Positions 54,997 to 64,000 of a DNA stretch of 64,000 bases are shown piece by piece; the first letter of the stretch is position 1; each line of letters opens with the position of its first letter. The translations under genes and the position numbers were made by a program. Under the pieces are notes generated by a model that saw only the letters and a program-made list of their open reading frames with translations, had not been told where the DNA came from and searched no databases. The stretch lies in assembly GCA_043797815.1 (NCBI GenBank), contig JAZDPG010000004.1, forward strand, positions 25,442 to 89,441, written 5' to 3'. The DNA is from Bacteroidota bacterium (GTDB lineage Bacteria; Bacteroidota; Bacteroidia; Bacteroidales; GCA-2748055).

Positions 54997-56009
54997 TCCA
55001 TGGTTTTGAATACTCCTTTAATCTTGAAATTGCAGTGATTGCAATGCCCTTCCCCGGTCAGACCCGGAATCCTGGTATGATACATCTCTCTTTCAATCAG
55101 CAGGGAACCACAACCCGGGCAAAAAGTATGGGATTCAATCTCGGGGTTGTTCCCGGCATATACATATTGTATTCTCTCCTTCGCTGCCAGTATAAATTGC
55201 TTCATGGTCCCGGTCGGAGTGGGGGAACTGCGCAGCTTATGGCGCGGGAAATATTTACTGACATGCAGAATGGTGTCCTGTCCGCAATTTTCCTCAATCC
55301 ACCTGATCATGTCTCTCCATTCCGGTTCCGTATCGTTGTGTCCCGGAATGATAAGGAAAGTTAGTTCCAGGTGACTGACCGATCCGGCTACCCTGGCAAT
55401 GGTGTCCAGTACCGGTTTCAGTTCAGCCGAAGAGCGCTTGTGATAGAATTCATCCCGGAATGACTTCAGGTCAATGTTAAATGCATCCATGAAAGGCAAA
55501 ATCTCTTCAAGCGGCTCTTTGTTGATATATCCGTTGGTGACCATTACATTCATCAGCCCATGTTCTTTCAGCCTGGAGGCACATTCAAGCATGTACTCAA
55601 AATAGGTGGCAGGCTCATTGTAGGTGTAAGCAAGTCCGATGTTGTCCTTGTAAAGCTGGGCTTTTTCCACCATGTCGGAAGGTGTCCTGACGGGATATCG
55701 GGAAAAAACATCTTCTTCGATTTGCGAAATGTTGCAGTTCTGGCAAAAATCACACCTGAAATTGCATCCGAAACTTCCAATGGAAAGAACGGAACGGCCC
55801 GGAAGAAAATGATAGAGGGGCTTTTTCTCCACCGGATCTCGTGAAATGGCGGAAAGAACCCCATAACTCAATGAATATAACTTTCCTGCCCTGTTGACCC
55901 GTGTTCTGCATTTCCCGGTCTGTCCCGGAAGAAGCAGGCAGGCATGGGGACAAAGTTTGCACTGGACCTGAAGACCAACCGTATTCTTATAATAGGAGGC
56001 AGGGTGCAT
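54993..56009 (-). CDS. AmmeMemoRadiSam system radical SAM enzyme
   Basis: CNFRCDFCQN CxxxCxxC motif, an N-terminal CKLCPHAC and a C-terminal CPGC...CNHC cluster-like motif. Confidence 0.85.
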   Translation of the reverse strand: MHPASYYKNTVGLQVQCKLCPHACLLLPGQTGKCRTRVNRAGKLYSLSYGVLSAISRDPVEKKPLYHFLPGRSVLSIGSFGCNFRCDFCQNCNISQIEEDVFSRYPVRTPSDMVEKAQLYKDNIGLAYTYNEPATYFEYMLECASRLKEHGLMNVMVTNGYINKEPLEEILPFMDAFNIDLKSFRDEFYHKRSSAELKPVLDTIARVAGSVSHLELTFLIIPGHNDTEPEWRDMIRWIEENCGQDTILHVSKYFPRHKLRSSPTPTGTMKQFILAAKERIQYVYAGNNPEIESHTFCPGCGSLLIEREMYHTRIPGLTGEGHCNHCNFKIKGVFKTMD

Positions 56010-56105
56010 GATATAAAGTTACAACGAAATAGTCATGAAATCCAATCGCAAACAAAACCGTGTTCATATGGTTATTGTAGTACGATGTTATAAAAGCCTG
56101 CTGTC

Positions 56106-56723
56106 ATGAGAAAAAGTACAATTGCTATATTTACATTTTTATTGATCACTTTGAATGCAATGAGTCAGACTGAGCAAAAAGGAGCCATGGGGAAAAGCGA
56201 AATTGCCACTTTGGGCGGGGGATGCTTCTGGTGTGTGGAAGCCATATTCGAACGCTTGAAAGGAGTTGAAACTGTTGAGTCAGGTTATTCTGGCGGACAT
56301 GTGAAAAATCCTGCTTACAGCCAGGTAAGCACTGGAGAAACAGGGCATGCCGAGGTGGTCCAGATAAAATATGACCCCTCACAAATCAATTACAGGGACC
56401 TTCTGAAAGTATTTTTTGAAACACACGATCCCACCACCCTGAACAGGCAGGGAGCGGATGTGGGGACCCAGTACCGGTCCACGGTGTTTTATCACGATGA
56501 AAATCAGCGACGGATTGCTGAAAGTGTGATCAGGGAACTGGATGGTGCAGGGATATGGAACGATCCCATCGTTACCACTGTAGAGCCATTTCAGGCATTT
56601 TACAGCGCAGAAGGATACCACCAGGAGTATTTTGAGAACAATCCCAACCAGGGATATTGCCGGGTCGTCATTCAGCCCAAGGTTGAGAAATTTGAGAAGG
56701 TCTTTAAGGAGTTGTTGAAATAG
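56106..56723 (+). CDS. msrA: peptide-methionine (S)-S-oxide reductase, exported
   Basis: GGGCFWCVEA active site with an N-terminal signal peptide. Confidence 0.9.
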   Translation: MRKSTIAIFTFLLITLNAMSQTEQKGAMGKSEIATLGGGCFWCVEAIFERLKGVETVESGYSGGHVKNPAYSQVSTGETGHAEVVQIKYDPSQINYRDLLKVFFETHDPTTLNRQGADVGTQYRSTVFYHDENQRRIAESVIRELDGAGIWNDPIVTTVEPFQAFYSAEGYHQEYFENNPNQGYCRVVIQPKVEKFEKVFKELLK

Positions 56724-56725
56724 TA

Positions 56726-58774
56726 CTACTTCTTCTCTGACACGGGAAGCGTCACAATGAAACTGGAACCATTGCCCGGTTCGCTCTCCACCCGGATCCC
56801 GCCCTTATTTTTCTCCAGAAATTCCTTGCAAATAACCAGTCCGAGTCCCGATCCTGACTCCCCGGTTGTTCCGGGAGTGGAAACAACCTCATTGGCATTA
56901 AAAAGCTTTTCCTGTATCTCCTGTTGAATTCCGATCCCTTCATCGGTCACAATGATGTTGCAGGTTTCTCCCTTCAGCTCCGAACTGATCCAGATCTTCC
57001 CACCCGGAAAACTGAACTTGATGGCATTGACAATCAGATTTCTGAATACGGTATGGATCATGGCTTTATCGGCATAAACTTTGCAGCCACGGTCAATTTT
57101 CACCAGACAGCTTACTTTTTTATAATCCAGGTTGGTCTTCAGTTCTTTTACACATGCACCCAACACTCCCTTGATATTCATTAGCTCCGGCTCGAATTTG
57201 ACAGCTTTCATCTGCGTTCGTGCCCATATAAGCAGGTTTTCCAGCAGGTTCTGGATCCTCTTGGTCCCATGGACAATCTGAAGCAGGTATTCCTTCTGGG
57301 TATCAACCGTGAATTCTTCGAAATTTTCGTAGAGTAATTCCGAAAAGCCGGTGACTGCTGCCACCGGATTCCGGAGGTCATGGGCCACCACGGTAAAAAT
57401 CCTGTCTTTCGATTTATTTAATGTCTGCAACTCCTGTTCAGATTCACTTAATTTACTTACAGCACTTGAAATCTGAATATTACGCTCAGCAAGCATCTGG
57501 TTGGTTTTTTTCTTGGCTCTCAGGTTCACTGTGATAATGATCACAAGACCGGTGATGACTACAATGAATATGATGAACACTTTGTTCAACATTCTCTGTA
57601 CCTGCGATTCGGATTGGAGCTGCTCAATTTCACGGTCTTTTAGCTCCTGTTCATACCGTGCACGAAGCCGCGCAATCTGTTCGGACTGATTTTCATTGAA
57701 CAGTTCCTTATAGACCGTATCATAACGCAGAAGCCAGTTGTAGGCAGAAGCATAGCTGCCGATTCCTGCATGCAACAGGGATAACTCATCATAGGCTTCC
57801 ATTTCCAGATGCCTGAAACCCATGTCCTTGGCAATTCGAAGTGACTGGTGCAGATAGAAAAGGGCTGAATCCTGTTGTTTCAATTTACCGTAAATGGACC
57901 CCAGGTTGGTGTAGACAGAACCGATATTGTACAGATCATCAGTCTTTCGGGCCAGTGAAAGCCCTTTCAGCAAATAGGAAAGTGCCATCTTGTATTCTCC
58001 CTGATCCGAATAGGCCAGGGCCATGTTGTTATATACACCCGAAAGAATATGCTCTTCGGTGTCGGAGCCGGGAGTTTGGGTAGTTAAAAGTTCAGCCGCC
58101 TCCTTAAAATAGATAAGAGCCGAATCCAGAACCTTCCGGTCATACAGGATGAGCCCGATGTTGTTCATGGAGCGGCACTGGTCGGCCACCGTTCCCTGAT
58201 CCCTGTAAATCTCAAAGGCAATCATATAGTGCTTCCTGGCCTCTTCCAGCTTTCCCATCTCATGGGCCACAATTCCCAGGTTGTTCTGCATTTTGGCGAT
58301 CCCCATCCGGTTGCCCTCTCTTTCAAAAGCATTGAGACTGTGCATATAGAAATAATAGGCTTCGCTGAAATCTCCCAACTCATAAGACAGATTTCCCAGG
58401 ATCTGGGCACAGCGTCCAGTTTCCTGCTTGTTTTCAAGCCGGATAAATCCGTCATATGCTTTCCGGTAATAGAACAGGCTTCGGTCATTGACCTTTTTCA
58501 TATGATAAATCTTTCCCTTTTGTTTAAACAGGGCAGGAAGCAGGTTTTCCGGATCATTTTTCAGAAGAAGGACCTCAGCCTGGTCGGCAAAATAGAGTGA
58601 GCTGTCAGGATGTGAGTCCAGCAGCTGAACCGAGCGTTCGTAATAGGCAAAGGCAAGATCGTTTCCGGAGGTGTTCCTGCTGATGGCCTTCAGGCTGTCA
58701 CTTGTGGGATTCTGCGCCAGGATGGCAGTGAACATCAGAAAAACGGCAGCTATTTGCAGGAGGATCTTCTTCAT
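56726..58774 (-). CDS. TPR-repeat sensor histidine kinase
   Basis: Signal peptide, TPR array, one TM, H-box VVAHDLRNP and G boxes (GIGI, GSGLGL). Confidence 0.8.
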   Translation of the reverse strand: MKKILLQIAAVFLMFTAILAQNPTSDSLKAISRNTSGNDLAFAYYERSVQLLDSHPDSSLYFADQAEVLLLKNDPENLLPALFKQKGKIYHMKKVNDRSLFYYRKAYDGFIRLENKQETGRCAQILGNLSYELGDFSEAYYFYMHSLNAFEREGNRMGIAKMQNNLGIVAHEMGKLEEARKHYMIAFEIYRDQGTVADQCRSMNNIGLILYDRKVLDSALIYFKEAAELLTTQTPGSDTEEHILSGVYNNMALAYSDQGEYKMALSYLLKGLSLARKTDDLYNIGSVYTNLGSIYGKLKQQDSALFYLHQSLRIAKDMGFRHLEMEAYDELSLLHAGIGSYASAYNWLLRYDTVYKELFNENQSEQIARLRARYEQELKDREIEQLQSESQVQRMLNKVFIIFIVVITGLVIIITVNLRAKKKTNQMLAERNIQISSAVSKLSESEQELQTLNKSKDRIFTVVAHDLRNPVAAVTGFSELLYENFEEFTVDTQKEYLLQIVHGTKRIQNLLENLLIWARTQMKAVKFEPELMNIKGVLGACVKELKTNLDYKKVSCLVKIDRGCKVYADKAMIHTVFRNLIVNAIKFSFPGGKIWISSELKGETCNIIVTDEGIGIQQEIQEKLFNANEVVSTPGTTGESGSGLGLVICKEFLEKNKGGIRVESEPGNGSSFIVTLPVSEKK

Positions 58775-58903
58775 ATGGTTTTCATCACCATTCCGGCTGG
58801 AGCGAGATAAAGATACTTATTTTGGTATGAAATGGGCCATTCTGGGACCGCCAAATTCTGATTGTCGTGGCAAACCCTCTATTTTTACCGGAAATACGAT
58901 TCC

Positions 58904-59560
58904 ATGCAATCAAATAAGAAATTTACAAAGGCCGAGGAACTGGCCAATGGCATCTCACATTTATCAGGAGCCCTGCTAGCGGTGGCCGGACTGATCCTGA
59001 TGATCAACAAAGCATCTTTACATGGAAATGCATTGCACATCATCAGCACCGGTGTCTTCGGGATCACCATGATTGTCCTTTATGTTTCCTCCACAATGAC
59101 CCATATCCTGCCTATGAGCAGGCTCAAAGACCGGTTTTTTAATTTTGACAGGATTGCTATCTATTTTCTGATTGCAGGAACCTACACGCCGCTGGCTCTT
59201 GTGGCCATTGGTGGAACAATGGGCTGGATTATTTTTGGTGTGGAGTGGGCATTCGCGCTTGTTGGAACCACCTTGATTCTTGCAAAACCGGGAGATTATA
59301 ACACCGGAGTCAATATATACTATGTGGTCTCTTATGCCGTGATGGGTTGGCTCATTCTGATTGCCGCCGGTACTGTGATTCAGGTTCTGCCGGTCATGGG
59401 ATGGGTATGGATTATTATCGGGGCATTCTGTTACTCACTGGGAATTGTATTCTTTACCATGGCCAGGTTTCGGTACCACCACCTGGTCTGGCATCTGCTT
59501 GTGATCGGAGGAACTTTAAGCCATTTCTTCGCAGTATATTTCCATATTATCCCGGGCTGA
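58904..59560 (+). CDS. hemolysin III / PAQR family membrane protein
   Basis: Seven TM segments, EELANGISH start and HLLVIGG...H end motifs. I prefer ATG 58904. Confidence 0.8.
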   Translation: MQSNKKFTKAEELANGISHLSGALLAVAGLILMINKASLHGNALHIISTGVFGITMIVLYVSSTMTHILPMSRLKDRFFNFDRIAIYFLIAGTYTPLALVAIGGTMGWIIFGVEWAFALVGTTLILAKPGDYNTGVNIYYVVSYAVMGWLILIAAGTVIQVLPVMGWVWIIIGAFCYSLGIVFFTMARFRYHHLVWHLLVIGGTLSHFFAVYFHIIPG

Positions 59561-59641
59561 TATAAATTGTTATTAAACTATTTGTGTTTTTGGTTTTAAA
59601 ATGTATTACTTTTACACAGTTATTAATCATCAATTTATACA

Positions 59642-59833
59642 ATGAAAGAAGGTAAAGTAAAATTCTTCAATGAATCCAAAGGTTATGGCTTCATTAAAGA
59701 CGTCGAATCTGACGAAGAGTATTTTGTCCACGTATCTGGTCTGATCGATAAGATCAAGGAAGATGACGATGTAACTTTTGAACTTACAGAAGGACGCAAA
59801 GGATTAAATGCAGTGAACGTCAAACTTATATAG
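59642..59833 (+). CDS. cspA: cold-shock domain protein
   Basis: GKVKFFNESKGYGFI (RNP1) and FVHVSGL (RNP2). Confidence 0.9.
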   Translation: MKEGKVKFFNESKGYGFIKDVESDEEYFVHVSGLIDKIKEDDDVTFELTEGRKGLNAVNVKLI

Positions 59834-59862
59834 TTGACAAAGTCATTCCGTCTTAATCTAAA

Positions 59863-59890
59863 CCCCCCGCTCCAGCGAGGGGTTTTTTTT
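59863..59890 (+). terminator. intrinsic terminator after csp
   Basis: CCCCCGC-TCCA-GCGAGGGG followed by T8. Confidence 0.7.
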
Positions 59891-59964
59891 GATCTGTTTA
59901 TTTTTGTCAAAAAAATCCGCGTTCGTTTTATTTTCCGATTACTTTTACAATAAACACTTCACCC

Positions 59965-60783
59965 ATGAATGTAAACCGTCGAAAATTCCTTGCCAGTTCT
60001 GCAACTGTTGCAGTGGGGGCAGGCCTTGGGCTCAAAGCAAAAGAACCACATGGTTCGGGCCATATGTTCAACAATCCTGAAATGCCTTCGCTGCTAGACA
60101 GGAAGATCCTTTACACCCATGGTGGATGGAAAGGGCACGAACCGGATGAGTCCGTTGATTTATTTAAGCCATGGCTTGAAAGTGAAGGGGCCCTGGTAGA
60201 CGTTTACGATACATTGGATCCTTATGCCGATGCGGAGTATATGAAAGATATTGACCTGGTCATCCAGATCTTTACCATGGCTGAAATTTCCAATGAGCAG
60301 GAATCGGGACTTCTGGCTGCTGTAAAAGGAGGGATGGGAATTGCAGGATGGCACGGCGGACTATGCGATTCTTTCAGGCAAAACGTGGCATTTCAGTTCA
60401 TGGCCGGAGGTCAGTGGGTAGCCCATCCGGGAGGTGTCATTGACTATGAAGTCAGGATCAGGGATAAAAAGGATCCGGTAACCATGGGATTAAAAGATTT
60501 TAAGATGCACAGCGAACAGTATTATATGCATGTGGATCCCAACATGAAAGTACTTGCCACAACTGAATTCAGCACCGAACATGCCGATTGGATCGGAGGA
60601 TGTACCATGCCGGTTGTATGGAAGAAAATGTATGGTCAGGGACGGGTCTTCTACAGTTCGCTTGGTCATGTGATGAGTGATTTTGAGGTGCCCGAGGCCC
60701 TTGAAATTCAGAAACGGGGCATCAGGTGGGCAGCGGCCAGCAAGTATGCTCCGGCGGAACCCTGGAAAGATCCTGTATATTAA
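59965..60783 (+). CDS. ThuA-like domain protein with Tat-type signal
   Basis: RRKFLASSATVAVGAGLG twin-Arg signal, and GGWKGHEP / GIAGWHGG motifs resembling the ThuA family. Confidence 0.6.
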   Translation: MNVNRRKFLASSATVAVGAGLGLKAKEPHGSGHMFNNPEMPSLLDRKILYTHGGWKGHEPDESVDLFKPWLESEGALVDVYDTLDPYADAEYMKDIDLVIQIFTMAEISNEQESGLLAAVKGGMGIAGWHGGLCDSFRQNVAFQFMAGGQWVAHPGGVIDYEVRIRDKKDPVTMGLKDFKMHSEQYYMHVDPNMKVLATTEFSTEHADWIGGCTMPVVWKKMYGQGRVFYSSLGHVMSDFEVPEALEIQKRGIRWAAASKYAPAEPWKDPVY

Positions 60784-60849
60784 AAAAAACACCTTCCGGG
60801 TTAGGACATTAAAAAAAAATTTCTATTTTCGGAAATATATTCTGAACCA

Positions 60850-60936
60850 ATGAATAATTATACCGTAATAAACGTCTGGCGATGGCATTGGTGGCAGTTC
60901 ACCAGGAATGCTTCGTGGGCGATGGACGGATTATAA
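60850..60936 (+). CDS. Trp-rich leader peptide (28 aa: MNNYTVINVWRWHWWQFTRNASWAMDGL)
   Basis: Five TGG codons, four of them within six codons (60877-60894). Lies directly upstream of a terminator and trpB2. Confidence 0.6.
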   Translation: MNNYTVINVWRWHWWQFTRNASWAMDGL

Positions 60937-60995
60937 TGAATTCATCATATAAAGTATACACGGGGCATGTTCAGTTAACAGCCCCGTTTTTTTTT
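60908..60995 (+). promoter_or_regulatory. transcription attenuator: antiterminator (60908-60917 with 60959-60968) versus terminator (60960-60987 + T9)
   Basis: Terminator ACGGGGC-ATGTT-CAGTT-AACA-GCCCCGT followed by TTTTTTTTT. AUGCUUCGUG can pair with CACGGGGCAU (10 bp, two G-U). Confidence 0.6.
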
Positions 60996-61034
60996 GAAGG
61001 AATCTTAAATACCTCACCTTAAAACCAAAAGAAG

Positions 61035-62411
61035 ATGACTAGAATTAAAAAGATTTACCTGGATGAAAAAGAGATGCCCAGGCAATGGTATAACATTGCT
61101 GCCGATATGCCGGGAACCCTGAATCCCCCCTTGGGGCCAGACGGAAATCCCATCGGACCTGAGATGCTGGCTCCGGTATTTCCCATGAACCTGATCGAGC
61201 AGGAGGTAAGCACCCAAAGATGGATCGATATCCCGGAAAAAGTCCTGGAGATGCTGACTATCTGGCGTCCGGCTCCGCTGGTCAGGGCCTATGCGCTGGA
61301 AAAAGCACTCGGAACGCCAGCAAAGATATATTACAAGAATGAAAGTGTATCTCCTGCCGGCAGCCACAAACCCAATACAGCTGTGGCCCAGGCCTACTAT
61401 AACAAAGAATTTGGAATAAAGAAGTTGACTACCGAAACCGGTGCAGGACAGTGGGGGAGTGCACTCGCTTTCGCATGTTCACTGCTGGGCCTTGAGTGCA
61501 AGGTTTTCATGGTCAGGGTCAGTTTTGACCAGAAGCCATTCAGGAAAATGATGATGCAGACCTGGGGCGGAAGCTGTATTGCCAGTCCCAGTATGGAAAC
61601 ACGGGCAGGGCGGGCTGTGCTCGCTGAGCACCCGGATACACCGGGAAGTCTGGGTATTGCCATCAGTGAGGCAGTAGAGGCAGCCGTGACCGATGAAACC
61701 GGTCAGACCAGGTATTCGCTTGGAAGTGTGCTGAACCATGTCATGCTTCACCAGACCATCATCGGGCTGGAAGCCAAGAAGCAACTGGCGAAGATCGGAG
61801 AAAAACTTCCGGATGTGGTCATCGGTTGTGCCGGAGGCGGAAGCAACTTTGCCGGGCTCAGTTTCCCGTTCCTTCAGGACAAGATCCACGGAGCAGAGAT
61901 CGATGTGATCGCCGTGGAGCCTTCCAGCTGTCCCACACTGACCAAAGCACCCTTTGCCTATGACCATGGGGATATTGCCAAAATGACCCCGCTGCTGGCC
62001 ATGAATTCACTGGGTCATGGTTTTATTCCTCCTCCCATCCATGCCGGAGGGCTGCGATACCACGGCATGTCACCGCTTGTGAGCCATGCAGTAAAAGAGG
62101 GATTGGTTCGGGCAGAGGCCATTCAGCAACTGGAGTGTTACGAAGCCGGGATGCTCTTTTCACAAACCGAAGGGATTATACCTGCACCGGAGACAACCCA
62201 CGCCATCGCTTCCACCATCCGGGAAGCCAAAAAAGCCAAAGAGGAGGGGAAGGAGAAGGTGATCCTCTTCAATTTCAGTGGCCACGGTCTCATGGACCTG
62301 GTGGGATATGATAAGTACCTCCATGGAGAGCTGAAGAATCATGAACTCTCACAAGCGGATTTTGAGCAATTCACTGCTGTACTGAAGAACCATCCTTCAC
62401 CCATTCTTTAA
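61035..62411 (+). CDS. trpB2: TrpB2-type tryptophan synthase beta-like PLP enzyme
   Basis: EMPRQWYNI start typical of TrpB2, PLP-lysine motif GSHKPN, and GGGSNFAG. Confidence 0.85.
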   Translation: MTRIKKIYLDEKEMPRQWYNIAADMPGTLNPPLGPDGNPIGPEMLAPVFPMNLIEQEVSTQRWIDIPEKVLEMLTIWRPAPLVRAYALEKALGTPAKIYYKNESVSPAGSHKPNTAVAQAYYNKEFGIKKLTTETGAGQWGSALAFACSLLGLECKVFMVRVSFDQKPFRKMMMQTWGGSCIASPSMETRAGRAVLAEHPDTPGSLGIAISEAVEAAVTDETGQTRYSLGSVLNHVMLHQTIIGLEAKKQLAKIGEKLPDVVIGCAGGGSNFAGLSFPFLQDKIHGAEIDVIAVEPSSCPTLTKAPFAYDHGDIAKMTPLLAMNSLGHGFIPPPIHAGGLRYHGMSPLVSHAVKEGLVRAEAIQQLECYEAGMLFSQTEGIIPAPETTHAIASTIREAKKAKEEGKEKVILFNFSGHGLMDLVGYDKYLHGELKNHELSQADFEQFTAVLKNHPSPIL

Positions 62412-62438
62412 ACTGCAGGAACCGGATGTCAATCAATA

Positions 62439-62470
62439 CCGGCCCGTGGATTCTTCCCGGGCCGGTTTTA
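62439..62470 (+). terminator. intrinsic terminator after trpB2
   Basis: ACCGGCCCG (62439-62447) pairs with CGGGCCGGT (62459-62467), followed by TTTT. Confidence 0.65.
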
Positions 62471-62471
62471 A

Positions 62472-63047
62472 ATGAGCACAATGAAAAGTATTTCGGTTTA
62501 CTGCGGGTCCAGTTCGGGAAGCAAGGGAGTCTATATTGAAGCGGCAAAGAAGCTGGGAAGGATCCTTGCAGAGAGGAAGATTCAACTGGTTTTTGGAGGA
62601 GGAAAGGTTGGGCTGATGGGCATCATGGCCGATGCCGCCCTGGAAGCTGGCGGGAAAGTGACCGGTGTGATCCCCCGCTTTCTTCACGTAAAAGAGGTGG
62701 CCCATGACGGCCTGTCAAAAATGATTACAGCGGAAACCATGCATGAGAGAAAAATTCTGATCCATGAAATGAGCGATGCTGTCATTGCACTCCCGGGTGG
62801 ATTTGGTACCCTGGATGAACTGTTTGAAATGCTCACATGGGCACAGTTGGGGCTTCATCAGAAGCCTGTCGGAATCCTGAATGTGAACGGTTACTTCACG
62901 CACCTGCTTCAAGCCATTGATACAATGGTGGATGAAGGATTTCTGAGACCAGTGAACCGTGAGATAGTGCTGGTCAGCGATAATGTTGATGAATTGCTGG
63001 ATAAAATGGATTACTACGTTGCGCCCTGCATACCCAAATGGATTTAA
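62472..63047 (+). CDS. LOG-family nucleotide 5'-monophosphate nucleosidase (TIGR00730-like)
   Basis: GGGKVGLMG and PGGFGTLDELFE motifs. Confidence 0.85.
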   Translation: MSTMKSISVYCGSSSGSKGVYIEAAKKLGRILAERKIQLVFGGGKVGLMGIMADAALEAGGKVTGVIPRFLHVKEVAHDGLSKMITAETMHERKILIHEMSDAVIALPGGFGTLDELFEMLTWAQLGLHQKPVGILNVNGYFTHLLQAIDTMVDEGFLRPVNREIVLVSDNVDELLDKMDYYVAPCIPKWI

Positions 63048-63066
63048 ACCCCTGGGGGAAATTTCC

Positions 63067-63486
63067 TTACAGCAGGGTTGCGGTCAACCGAATGTCAGCT
63101 GCAGCCACAAGCCTCGAAATGGGGCACCCCGCTTTGGCAGCAGCGGTCAGTTCTTCAAACTTCTCCCGTGAGAGTCCATCACATTGAACCACACTGTTCA
63201 GTTCAATGGTGGTGATCACCGGACCTTTATCATCTTTCCCCAGGTGGACCGTAGCGGTTGTCTCCACACTTTCGGGTGTGAGTTTTTCTCCTGCGATCAG
63301 GGCTGCCAGAAACATGGAATAGCAACCCGAATGAGCTGCACCAATGAGTTCCTCAGGGTTGGTGCCTTCTCCTTCCTCAAAACGGGATGCGAACGTAAAC
63401 GGCCCGCTGTAATTGCTGAAATTCATGGTGCCCTTTCCTGAAGCCAGGGTGCCTTTCCATTGTGATTTTGCTGTTCTTATGGACAT
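63067..63486 (-). CDS. osmC: OsmC-family peroxiredoxin
   Basis: 139 aa with the two conserved Cys contexts (HSGCYSM, AGCPIS). Confidence 0.85.
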   Translation of the reverse strand: MSIRTAKSQWKGTLASGKGTMNFSNYSGPFTFASRFEEGEGTNPEELIGAAHSGCYSMFLAALIAGEKLTPESVETTATVHLGKDDKGPVITTIELNSVVQCDGLSREKFEELTAAAKAGCPISRLVAAADIRLTATLL

Positions 63487-63589
63487 ATCCGGGATTTATT
63501 TATCGTTGGTATTCTCTTAACAATAGATAAACCCGGATGGGGTTGAATTGTTCGATTCAGCCTGACCCTTCTTTCTAGTTGCTTACCTT

Positions 63590-64000
63590 TTAGTTACGTC
63601 CTCTGCCCCGGGCAGGCCTTTCAGCTTCAGCTGGCTGGCCTCCCTGTTCCCGCTGTTCTCTCATCTGACTGCGGCGCTGTTCCTGGATTTCCAGGAATTT
63701 TTTCATTTGTTCGGGAGTAAGGACCTCCTTGTACTTTTCATTCCTTTCATCCCGTGCTTTCATCATGGCTGCTCGCATGGCATCGCGGTCTCCCATGTGT
63801 TTTTCTCGCTCCACCTGCATTTTGGTATAAAATTCCATATCATAATCCAGGATTTTCTTATGCTGGTCCGCATTGAGCGAAAGGGTTTCCGCCAGGTTGT
63901 CCACATTTTCCTTGATGTTTTCTTCGGTCATCTGAAATCCCCGTCCGGGCCCTCCGGGCCCTCCCGGCCCATCGGGAGGGGGTCCTCCTGGTTGCTGGGC
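63590..64000 (-). CDS. Spy/CpxP-like (LTxxQ motif) periplasmic protein, 5' end possibly beyond window
   Basis: LTPEQMKKF motif in a K/E/R/Q-rich helical sequence. The frame stays open upstream of Met 63931 to the window edge (a Gly/Pro-rich stretch). Confidence 0.5.
   Translation of the reverse strand, partial: AQQPGGPPPDGPGGPGGPGRGFQMTEENIKENVDNLAETLSLNADQHKKILDYDMEFYTKMQVEREKHMGDRDAMRAAMMKARDERNEKYKEVLTPEQMKKFLEIQEQRRSQMREQREQGGQPAEAERPARGRGRN

Overview
This 64-kb window looks like a chromosomal segment from a Bacteroidota-type, probably anaerobic, bacterium. That taxon call is an inference from the Bat aerotolerance operon, TTTG/TAnnTTTG promoter boxes, a fused E1 alpha/beta 2-oxoacid dehydrogenase and gene content. 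About 60 protein genes are densely packed and mostly housekeeping. All product calls come from motifs I recognise by eye; no database search was run.

Main gene content:
- A 13-gene same-strand block: moxR, DUF58, batA-E, then methanogen-type homocysteine genes (DUF39, NIL-ferredoxin, UPF0280) and cstA.
- Core genes: truA, aroE, prfC, queA, kdsA, rarA, relA/spoT, leuA, and a branched-chain 2-oxoacid dehydrogenase E2 plus fused E1.
- Redox genes: gpx, msrA, an msrC-like GAF protein, osmC and flavodoxin.
- Two TPR histidine kinases.
- An AmmeMemoRadiSam triad next to a BlaI/BlaR1-like pair.
- trpB2, a LOG-family gene and a cold-shock protein.

RNA features:
- A clear RNase P RNA at about 24515-24847.
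- A Trp-rich leader peptide and attenuator in front of trpB2.
- An unassigned, highly structured ~420-nt candidate ncRNA at about 41468-41893. It has its own promoter and terminator and sits in a 1-kb gene-free gap. This is my top novelty candidate.

The most accessory-looking region is 34.5-44.6 kb:
- A GC-shifted SOS-type mutagenesis island: an XRE-HTH/S24 LexA-like repressor divergent from dinB-dnaE2, a Lon-N-domain-only protein and an SRAP/YedK gene.
- The orphan RNA.
- Heptanucleotide palindromic repeat arrays.
- A serine hydrolase paired with a low-GC orphan gene.

I found no CRISPR array, tRNA, rRNA, transposase or integrase.
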